This document shows positions 6,330 through 11,436 of a stretch of DNA of 11,436 nucleotides, piece by piece (position 1 is the first letter of the stretch; each line of letters opens with the position of its first letter). The position numbers were made by a program, and so were the translations under genes. The stretch lies in UHGV virus genome UHGV-0258155; one strand, 5' to 3'. The notes beneath the pieces were generated by a model. It saw only the letters and a program-made list of their open reading frames with translations. It ran no database searches and was not told where the DNA came from. Source of the DNA: a virus.

Positions 6330-6805
6330 AAAAAAATCCTCACTAACCCTTTCGGGTTTTCACTGCGATCAAAACCAAACCAACCGCGCCAGTAGCTACG
6401 CCAGTACTCATAATCATAGTTAGGGTCATCTAAATTCTTCATGAGTAGTAGGACATCAATTTTGTAGTTTTGTTTGATGTAGTTTCGGTCAAGCAAATTA
6501 TCGACGCGGCCCCGAAGCATGACAGGTATTGAGTTTATATTGCTATAGTCACATACCAACAAAATATCAATATCATCAGGCTCTGGTTTAGACGTGGTGT
6601 ATGAACCATCAACCCATATTTCTGTAAAACAGCCATATTGAGCAGATAATTCTCGAATAGATTCGAGTAGCTGTATAAAATTACAGTATAGCATGCCTCG
6701 CCTGGATGATGAAGGAAAGCAATCGACACAATACGATTTTAATCCAGCTTCATCCATGTCATGGAACCCTGGCTCAAACAGGGGTGGGTAATTAATTTTA
6801 TCCAT
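6326..6805 (-). CDS. 159-aa protein with a minimal nucleotidyltransferase (Pol-beta superfamily)-like motif, first gene of the cassette
   Basis: ORF-track ORF; ATG at 6805. Sequence IWVDGSYTTSKPEPDDIDILLV fits the hG[GS]-x9-13-DxD pattern, with a further candidate acidic residue in NYKIDVLLL. Motif match by eye only. Confidence 0.65.
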   Translation of the reverse strand: MDKINYPPLFEPGFHDMDEAGLKSYCVDCFPSSSRRGMLYCNFIQLLESIRELSAQYGCFTEIWVDGSYTTSKPEPDDIDILLVCDYSNINSIPVMLRGRVDNLLDRNYIKQNYKIDVLLLMKNLDDPNYDYEYWRSYWRGWFGFDRSENPKGLVRIFL

Positions 6806-6841
6806 AAAAAACCTTGCTATACATTTGTTTTTTTTATTAAA

Positions 6842-6869
6842 AATCTAACCACCGAAATGGTGACGGCAA
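6842..6869 (-). promoter_or_regulatory. Candidate promoter for the cassette: TTGCCG (6869-6864) - 16 bp - TAGATT (6847-6842)
   Basis: Read on the minus strand about 37 nt upstream of the ATG at 6805; the spacer contains a short inverted repeat CACC-N6-GGTG. Read-through from the cI promoter is an alternative. Confidence 0.3.
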
Positions 6870-6953
6870 GATGTTACATGGGGTTACAATCAGCCAATAC
6901 ACCGCATTAAATAATTTTTTCACCAGCTATGCGCCGACCAGAACACCTTGCCC

Positions 6954-7066
6954 ATCACCCAAACGTCTCATCAGGCCACCATAAGCACGATCGCAACAAC
7001 CGAGAGCAAAGTAACCACGCCTACTATCAGATATTCTCTTATCACCCAAACGTCTCTTCAGGCCAC
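6954..7066. repeat. Two 26-bp direct repeats (6954-6979 and 7041-7066, one mismatch) between the cI stop and the cassette
   Basis: atcacccaaacgtctcatcaggccac and atcacccaaacgtctcttcaggccac read directly, 87 bp apart; the second copy ends 5 nt from the cI stop codon. Confidence 0.75.
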
Positions 7067-7071
7067 TAAAA

Positions 7072-7782
7072 TTATCGGCGATATCGCAATACCGAGTACC
7101 AGAACACAAAACCGATTATCTCGACATCTGCCTCATCAGCCTCTTCATCGTCATAATCGCGATTGATGCTTCGTATTAATAGCTTCCCACCAGGCTTTCG
7201 ATAAAGCTGCTTTATGCGCTTTAAATCGCCCTGGTTAATAGCATAGAGTTCGCCGTCAATAATCCGCTTGTTGCCTGTATCGACTGCTACCGTTGCGCCG
7301 TCAGGAATAACGGGCTCCATGCTGTCACCAGAAGCGGGAAAGCAAAGCACTCCAGAACCATCACTATTTGCACCCACCCTTCTGAGCGTTGCCTTGGAGA
7401 ACCTCAGTTTAAAGCCGTTATGATCTTCGCTATGAACACGCCCATCACCACACGCAAACTCGATATCCTTCAGAAACGGTACTTCCACCTCATCGTCAGG
7501 TAGGGGGGTATTTTTGTCCCAAGCGTCGACAGTTCCCCACTCAGACTCTGGCGGGATGTTGCTCTCCAGATCCTTCTTTGGAGAACCCTCTCCATTTAAT
7601 AACCAGTCAAGAGAATAACCGAATTTTTCAGATATTTGTTGCGCCGCCTCACGACTTAACGCGTCTCTTTTTATCCAGTTGTTGACGGTCTGTGGGCTAG
7701 TCGACAAAGCCTCAGCCAAATCCCGCTGCTTCAAGCCTTCCCTTGCCAGTAAAAATTTAATTCTTTCAGAAATGCTGCTCAT
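7072..7782 (-). CDS. CI-type prophage repressor: N-terminal XRE-family HTH plus C-terminal S24 (LexA-like) self-cleaving peptidase domain
   Basis: ORF-track ORF 7072..7836. I place the start at the internal ATG 7782 (MSSISERIKFLLAREGLKQRDLAEAL...), which has GGAGCGGAGGG immediately upstream. GDSMEP (Ser nucleophile) and a downstream LKRIK Lys fit the S24 family. Confidence 0.85.
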   Translation of the reverse strand: MSSISERIKFLLAREGLKQRDLAEALSTSPQTVNNWIKRDALSREAAQQISEKFGYSLDWLLNGEGSPKKDLESNIPPESEWGTVDAWDKNTPLPDDEVEVPFLKDIEFACGDGRVHSEDHNGFKLRFSKATLRRVGANSDGSGVLCFPASGDSMEPVIPDGATVAVDTGNKRIIDGELYAINQGDLKRIKQLYRKPGGKLLIRSINRDYDDEEADEADVEIIGFVFWYSVLRYRR

Positions 7783-7899
7783 AAAACCCTCCGCTCCATG
7801 CATGGTAAACAACATGTGGATTTTTTCCATCACCATAATGTTGATTTAATCCACGCCATGAATTAACATGGTGTTGATTACACATGAGCGGAGCAAAAC
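7783..7899. promoter_or_regulatory. OR-like divergent promoter/operator region between the cI-like and cro-like genes; three TGTKGATT repeats (7815, 7839, 7872); candidate PR TTGATT (7841-7846) - 17 bp - TAACAT (7864-7869)
   Basis: Repeats read directly and shared with the OL-like cluster; the motif GGTGTTGA at 7870-7877 recurs as its reverse complement TCAACACC at 4947-4954. Confidence 0.45.
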
Positions 7900-8121
7900 A
7901 TGATCAACAAAAAATCCAACGCCAGCACCCCGCTTGAGAAAGCCATTAATGCAGTGGGCGGCTCTCAAAAGGTGCTTGCTGAAAAGGTCGGCGTAACGCC
8001 TCAGGCCATCAATATGCTTAAAAAGCGAGGTGGCAGCCTTCCAGTAACAAAAATGCGTAAATACGAAGAAGTAACCGGACTTCCTCGCGAAGTTCTATAT
8101 CCAGGTATCTTTGCCGCCTAA
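7900..8121 (+). CDS. Cro/YdaS-like small HTH regulator (73 aa)
   Basis: ORF-track ORF divergent from the repressor; GGAG 6 nt upstream of the ATG; AINAVGGSQKVLAEKVGVTPQAINMLKKRG is a typical Cro/YdaS-type helix-turn-helix. Confidence 0.7.
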   Translation: MINKKSNASTPLEKAINAVGGSQKVLAEKVGVTPQAINMLKKRGGSLPVTKMRKYEEVTGLPREVLYPGIFAA

Positions 8122-8129
8122 CCGGCGGC
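8113..8129 (+). other. GC hairpin GCCGCC-TAACC-GGCGGC overlapping the cro-like stop codon, followed by TCTAACCA
   Basis: Perfect 6-bp stem read directly; no U-tract. Position corresponds to nutR/tR1 in lambda. Confidence 0.3.
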
Positions 8130-8151
8130 TCTAACCACGAAAGGGAAAGCA

Positions 8152-8694
8152 ATGCATTCACTTGCGTATCAACACAATACCGGAATACACCCGGGAGCGA
8201 TGATAAACCGCGCTCAAGCTAAAGCGACGCCGGACCACGAAAAGATCCGCGATGCGGTCCGTGCCTGGTCATCGGCGCTGGATAATCAGGACGTGGTGTC
8301 AGCGCTGATCATCAACGAATACCGGGAGCAGGGCGGGACCGCCATCAGCTTTCCGGACGACATCAGCCGGGCGCGCCAGAAGCTGTTCCGCTTTCTGGAT
8401 AACCGCTTCGACTCTGAGCAGTACCGCGAGAACGTGCGCCAGCTGACACCGGCAATCATGGCGGTCCTGCCGGTTGAGTATCGCACTCGCCTGATCGGTG
8501 CCGATTGCAAAATGTCTCGCCTGGCTGAGGCCGAGAAAGAACTCGCAGAGGCTAAACAGGCCGTGCTGCTGGACGCTCCAGAGCATCAGAAGCTGAAAGA
8601 GGTAAGCGAGGGTATAGCGTCGCTCTTCCGCCTCATGCCGGAGCAGGTAGGACCGCTGATGACGATGGTTACATCGATGCTGGGGGTTATATGA
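8152..8694 (+). CDS. Hypothetical 180-aa protein in the CII/YdaT position (phage regulatory protein-like; weakly supported)
   Basis: ORF-track ORF; AAGGGAAAG RBS upstream of the ATG at 8152; second gene of the rightward operon after cro-like. Family assignment is positional and from vague recall. Confidence 0.5.
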   Translation: MHSLAYQHNTGIHPGAMINRAQAKATPDHEKIRDAVRAWSSALDNQDVVSALIINEYREQGGTAISFPDDISRARQKLFRFLDNRFDSEQYRENVRQLTPAIMAVLPVEYRTRLIGADCKMSRLAEAEKELAEAKQAVLLDAPEHQKLKEVSEGIASLFRLMPEQVGPLMTMVTSMLGVI

Positions 8695-8714
8695 GAGGCA
8701 CAAGAAAAGAAAAA

Positions 8715-8740
8715 GCCCTTGAAGCGGTAACTTCAAAGGC
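8715..8740 (+). other. Imperfect 10-bp inverted repeat (GCCCTTGAAG-CGGTAA-CTTCAAAGGC) between the CII-position gene and the O-like gene
   Basis: Read directly; one mismatch in the stem; not followed by a U-tract. Could be a rho-dependent or regulated terminator, or a protein-binding site. Confidence 0.3.
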
Positions 8741-8779
8741 CCTTATCACACTGTGTTACGCCAAGTAACGGGAGTAAGT

Positions 8780-9649
8780 ATGTCAAACACCGCAGAAATT
8801 CTCAACTTTCCCGCTGTAGTTTCGGGAATACAGGAGCAACGCGTGGCCGATACAGACGATGGGTACACCCGTCTGGCAAACGAGTTGTATGAGGAGCTTA
8901 TCGGCGCGAACCTGACCAAAAATCAGGCCAAGGTAGCTCATGCTGTTTGCCGCAAAACCTATGGGTTCAACAAAAAGATGGACCGCATAGCAGACTCACA
9001 ACTTTCTGAGCTGACCAGGCTACCTCGCCAGAAGGTTAACGCTGCCAAAAACGAACTCATTGCGATGAATGTTTTGGTGTCCGACGGCATGCTGATCGGG
9101 CCCAACAAAAACCTGAGTGAGTGGGTAATTCCGGGCACTAAGCCTGCGCCAAAATGTCACCATAGTAGTGACTGTCACCATGGTAGTGACAGTGTCCCTA
9201 CGGTGGTGACAAAAAGTGTCACCAAAACAGTGACAACCCTGTCACCAAAATGGGGACACACAAAAGACACTATTACAAAAGACAATAAAGACAATATTAA
9301 TAAACCCCCTAAATCCCCCAAACAGGCTTCGTTCGATCCGGCTGGTGTTGACCTTCCTGAATGGCTGTCAGTTTCAGTCTGGAAGTCATGGGTCGATTAT
9401 CGTCGTGACCTGAAGAAACCGATCAAGTCTCAGCAGACAGTTACCAAGGCCATCAACCTGCTCGAGCGTTGCAAGTGCAGCGGATATCAGCCTGAAGAAA
9501 TTATCAACCAGAGCATTGCTAACGGCTGGCAGGGTTTGTTTGAGCCTAAGGGCGCCAAGCAGCCTTCCCGTACTCCGTCACGCGTATCTGAGAACTTCGC
9601 TGGCAAGGACTATGGCCAGACTGAAATCCCATCATGGGCGAGGGACTGA
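8780..9649 (+). CDS. Lambda O-like replication initiator (289 aa)
   Basis: ORF-track ORF 8753..9649 begins with GTG. I place the start at ATG 8780 (GGGAG RBS), giving MSNTAEILNF...VADTDDGYTRLANELYEELIGANLTKNQAKVAHAVCRKTYGFNKKMDRIADSQLSELTRLP...NKNLSEWVIP. This closely parallels the lambda O N-terminus as I remember it (MTNTAKILNF...VADLDDGYARL...LTKRQFKV...RKTYGWNKPMDRITDSQLSEITKLP...NKNISEWCIP). Confidence 0.85.
   Translation: MSNTAEILNFPAVVSGIQEQRVADTDDGYTRLANELYEELIGANLTKNQAKVAHAVCRKTYGFNKKMDRIADSQLSELTRLPRQKVNAAKNELIAMNVLVSDGMLIGPNKNLSEWVIPGTKPAPKCHHSSDCHHGSDSVPTVVTKSVTKTVTTLSPKWGHTKDTITKDNKDNINKPPKSPKQASFDPAGVDLPEWLSVSVWKSWVDYRRDLKKPIKSQQTVTKAINLLERCKCSGYQPEEIINQSIANGWQGLFEPKGAKQPSRTPSRVSENFAGKDYGQTEIPSWARD
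9155..9305. other. Candidate replication origin inside the O-like gene: cluster of GTCAC/GTGAC dyad iterons (9155-9250) followed by an A-rich stretch (9261-9305)
   Basis: Dyads read directly at about 18-24 bp spacing (GTGACtGTCAC at 9168-9178, GGTGACAaaaagTGTCACC at 9205-9223, GTGACAacccTGTCAC at 9230-9245), then caaaagacactattacaaaagacaataaagacaatattaataaa. The encoded peptide here is a low-complexity linker (HHSSDCHHGSDS...TKSVTKTVTT). Confidence 0.55.
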
Positions 9650-9651
9650 GT

Positions 9652-10506
9652 ATGGAACTGCTCGAAAAAATCGACGCTATCGAAAAAATGCTGGACGTTC
9701 TCGGCAGGCCGCCAGAGCAACTCCCTAACTGCGAGATCGTCTGTGAAACGGTGCTTTGCGAGAAACACGGCGAATACGAACAGCGTAAACGCGTGCTTAC
9801 CAGCAGCCTGATCAAGCTGCCGTCACCGCCGACTCGTTGTCCGGGCTGCCTGCGCGATGAGTTGACCTTCCTGTATGCCGAGAAAAAGCGTTGGGAAGAC
9901 CGCACGCGCCAGCAGAACATCGATCGCCTGCTGCGCCAGCTCGAAATCCCTGAGCGCTTTGTGACGTGCACGCTGGAAAACTACCAGCCGGTGGGCAAAG
10001 AGTCAGAACGCGCGCTGCGTGTTTGCCAGGCGTATGCCGCGAAGTGGCCGGAGCGCCTGAAGCAGGGTGGCGGTCTGGTGATGTGCGGAAAGCCGGGCAC
10101 CGGGAAAAACCATCTTGCCCTGGCGATTGCCCGCTATGTCATCGAGAACCACCAGAGCCCGGTAATTTTCACCACCGCGCTGAAGATTGCCCGTGAGTTC
10201 AAATCAACGTGGTCGAAAACAGCGACGCGCTGCGAGAACGACGTGATTGCGCACTTCACCACCCCGGACCTGTTGATCATCGATGAGGTCGGCGTCCAGT
10301 TCGGCAGTGAAGCCGAGAAGCTGATCATGTTCGAAATCATCAACACCCGGTACGAGCGGATGAAGCCGACCATCCTGATCAGCAACCAGACCAAAGAAGA
10401 ACTGGCGGCGTTCGTGAGTGAGCGCGTTATTGACCGCATGAGCGATGGCGGCGGGTGCACGCTGTCATTCACCTGGGATTCTTACCGTTCCAAGGGGGCA
10501 GCATGA
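9652..10506 (+). CDS. DnaC/IstB-like AAA+ helicase loader (replication protein)
   Basis: ORF-track ORF 9634..10506. I prefer ATG 9652 (GAGGGA upstream; the ATG at 9634 lacks an RBS). Walker A GKPGTGKNHLA and Walker B LLIIDEVG read from the translation. Confidence 0.85.
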   Translation: MELLEKIDAIEKMLDVLGRPPEQLPNCEIVCETVLCEKHGEYEQRKRVLTSSLIKLPSPPTRCPGCLRDELTFLYAEKKRWEDRTRQQNIDRLLRQLEIPERFVTCTLENYQPVGKESERALRVCQAYAAKWPERLKQGGGLVMCGKPGTGKNHLALAIARYVIENHQSPVIFTTALKIAREFKSTWSKTATRCENDVIAHFTTPDLLIIDEVGVQFGSEAEKLIMFEIINTRYERMKPTILISNQTKEELAAFVSERVIDRMSDGGGCTLSFTWDSYRSKGAA

Positions 10507-10844
10507 CCATAACAATCCGTGAGCAGGTGCTGGCGGCCCTGCGCAATAACCCAGGGCTGAATAGTGCTCGTATTGCCAGCATGATCGGCATGACCACCAA
10601 AAAGATATCCGGAACGGTGAGCACGCTGCTGGCAGACGGCTTGATCGAGTTCGAAGGCAAGCACGGACAGCGGCTTTATCGGCTGACCGATTACGGCATG
10701 AAATACGCACCAGAAACAATCCCGGCTATGCCGAAGGGAAATTCGAAGCTGGTGCAGCGTACAGAGGCAAACGTGATCTGCCAGGAGTGCCGCAACAGCG
10801 CGGCGATGAGAAGAATTTTAAGCGTATACGGGGTGAGAGCATGA
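10503..10844 (+). CDS. Hypothetical 113-aa protein, probable winged-helix DNA-binding fold
   Basis: Internal ATG 10503 overlaps the DnaC-like stop (ATGA) with AAGGGGG upstream. IREQVLAALRNNPGLNSARIASMIGMTTKKISGTVSTLLADGLIE resembles a wHTH. The ORF-track start at 10455 overlaps the upstream gene and is less likely. Confidence 0.55.
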   Translation: MTITIREQVLAALRNNPGLNSARIASMIGMTTKKISGTVSTLLADGLIEFEGKHGQRLYRLTDYGMKYAPETIPAMPKGNSKLVQRTEANVICQECRNSAAMRRILSVYGVRA

Positions 10845-11293
10845 AAAATAATACACAGCCAGCACTGAAAGAACGAATCGAAAAGGCACTTGAAGACTTC
10901 ACCAAAGGCCGCGCCAGCATGCATGTTCCTCCGCTTGATACCGATGTTGATGTGGTGCTGGCGGAATGCAGTGACCGATTATCAGAGCTTAAAGCCAGAT
11001 GCGCGGCGCTGGCTGCGGAGAATGCGGGGCTGAATAAATTTATCGTACAGAGTTGCTACGTGTTTGACGGCGAGCAGGGTGAACTATCTGATGCGTATAT
11101 CTGCGCAATAGACGGAAGGATGCCGCAAACCCAAGTCACCGACGCTTTTTGGGATGAAGTGCGGGCGCAGGGTGTGGATTCAGCGATTAACACAGTCATT
11201 GCGATGATGAACCATCAGCATCCTGTCACATCGAAGGCAATCGACATAATGCGCGTCCATGCCTACCAAATTCGCAAAGGAGTGCAGTCATGA
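10841..11293 (+). CDS. Hypothetical 150-aa protein
   Basis: ATG 10841 overlaps the upstream stop (ATGA) and is preceded by GGGGTGAGAG. The ORF-track start at 10787 is an upstream extension without an RBS. Possibly Ead/Ea22-like, but that is weak recall. Confidence 0.55.
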   Translation: MKNNTQPALKERIEKALEDFTKGRASMHVPPLDTDVDVVLAECSDRLSELKARCAALAAENAGLNKFIVQSCYVFDGEQGELSDAYICAIDGRMPQTQVTDAFWDEVRAQGVDSAINTVIAMMNHQHPVTSKAIDIMRVHAYQIRKGVQS

Positions 11294-11436
11294 GAAAATC
11301 ATACATCGTTATTCAGCAGTACTGGTGGTGCAACGAGAAAGGCCATGGAGTTGAATACACGACAGACGGCGTTGACTTCGATAAGCGCGATAAGGCAATC
11401 AAGCATGGTCTGAAAACACAAGGTAGTGATGATTTC
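11290..11436 (+). CDS. Hypothetical protein, 5' partial (49 codons to window end)
   Basis: ATG 11290 overlaps the upstream stop (ATGA) with AAAGGAG upstream; hand translation MRKSYIVIQQYWWCNEKGHGVEYTTDGVDFDKRDKAIKHGLKTQGSDDF has no stop through the window end. Confidence 0.5.
   Translation, partial: MRKSYIVIQQYWWCNEKGHGVEYTTDGVDFDKRDKAIKHGLKTQGSDDF

Noticed and set aside
5587-6729. ORFs 5587..5820 (+), 6013..6201 (+) and 6535..6729 (-) inside the cassette
   Set aside because: Embedded in or antisense to the two long coupled cassette genes; no independent start signals.
6954-6979. CUGAUGAG (hammerhead-like core) on the minus-strand reading of the first 26-bp repeat
   Set aside because: Only the CUGAUGA box is present; I could not find the paired GAAA box and flanking helices, and the second repeat copy carries CUGAAGAG instead, so this is most likely coincidental.
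6927-7166. ORFs 6948..7166 (+) and 6927..7109 (-) spanning the 26-bp repeats
   Set aside because: Reading frames generated by the direct repeats and overlapping the 3' end of the repressor gene; no RBS.
7783-7836. Upstream start (7836) for the repressor gene as given in the ORF track
   Set aside because: The extension runs into the operator region; the internal ATG at 7782 has a strong GGAGCGGAGGG RBS and starts at the expected beginning of the HTH domain.
8286-8736. Minus-strand ORFs 8286..8510 and 8299..8736
   Set aside because: Antisense to the CII/YdaT-position gene within the rightward operon; Arg/Cys-rich translations typical of antisense GC-rich frames.
8753-8779. GTG start at 8753 for the O-like gene, and ATG 9634 for the DnaC-like gene
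   Set aside because: The ATG at 8780 has a GGGAG RBS and matches the remembered lambda O N-terminus; the ATG at 9652 has GAGGGA upstream whereas 9634 has none.
9516-10472. ORFs 9516..9728 (+), 9546..9971 (-), 9966..10196 (+), 10134..10472 (-)
   Set aside because: Overlap the O-like and DnaC-like genes in alternative frames or strands; low-complexity R/S/P-rich translations.
10465-10924. Minus-strand ORFs 10465..10719, 10469..10660, 10482..10664, 10691..10924 and 10726..10920
   Set aside because: Antisense to the translationally coupled plus-strand genes of the rightward operon.
1-11436. Search for tRNA/rRNA genes, CRISPR repeats, IS elements/transposases or an integrase/attachment site
   Set aside because: None seen: no cloverleaf-like conserved tRNA boxes, no regularly spaced repeat-spacer array, no long terminal inverted repeats flanking a transposase-sized ORF; the integrase end of the prophage is presumably outside this window.

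Overview
This window reads as the early, immunity and replication region of a lambdoid (Rac-like) prophage from an enterobacterium. The most interesting element is an AT-rich two-gene cassette at 5397-6805 (a 159-aa nucleotidyltransferase-fold protein translationally coupled to a 310-aa orphan protein). It sits between the cI-type repressor gene and the OL-like operators, the position lambda uses for rexAB, and is the best candidate here for an undescribed prophage-encoded defence or abortive-infection module. Left of it, a leftward early operon runs on the minus strand from a PL-like promoter (~4923-4951): a 70-aa basic protein, two small Cys-rich proteins, an intrinsic terminator, a Kil-position ORF, a YdaE-like Cys4 protein, a RacC-position ORF and a recE-type exonuclease VIII gene that runs off the window start. 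Right of it lie a CI-like HTH plus S24-peptidase repressor, OR-like operators sharing the TGTKGATTT repeat family with OL, and Cro/YdaS-like and CII/YdaT-like genes. The replication module follows: a lambda O-like initiator with an embedded iteron and AT-rich origin, a DnaC-like helicase loader, and three translationally coupled small genes. I saw no rRNA, tRNA, CRISPR array or transposase. All calls rest on reading the sequence and the supplied ORF track plus remembered family features; no database search or folding was run, and protein similarities quoted are recalled, not computed.
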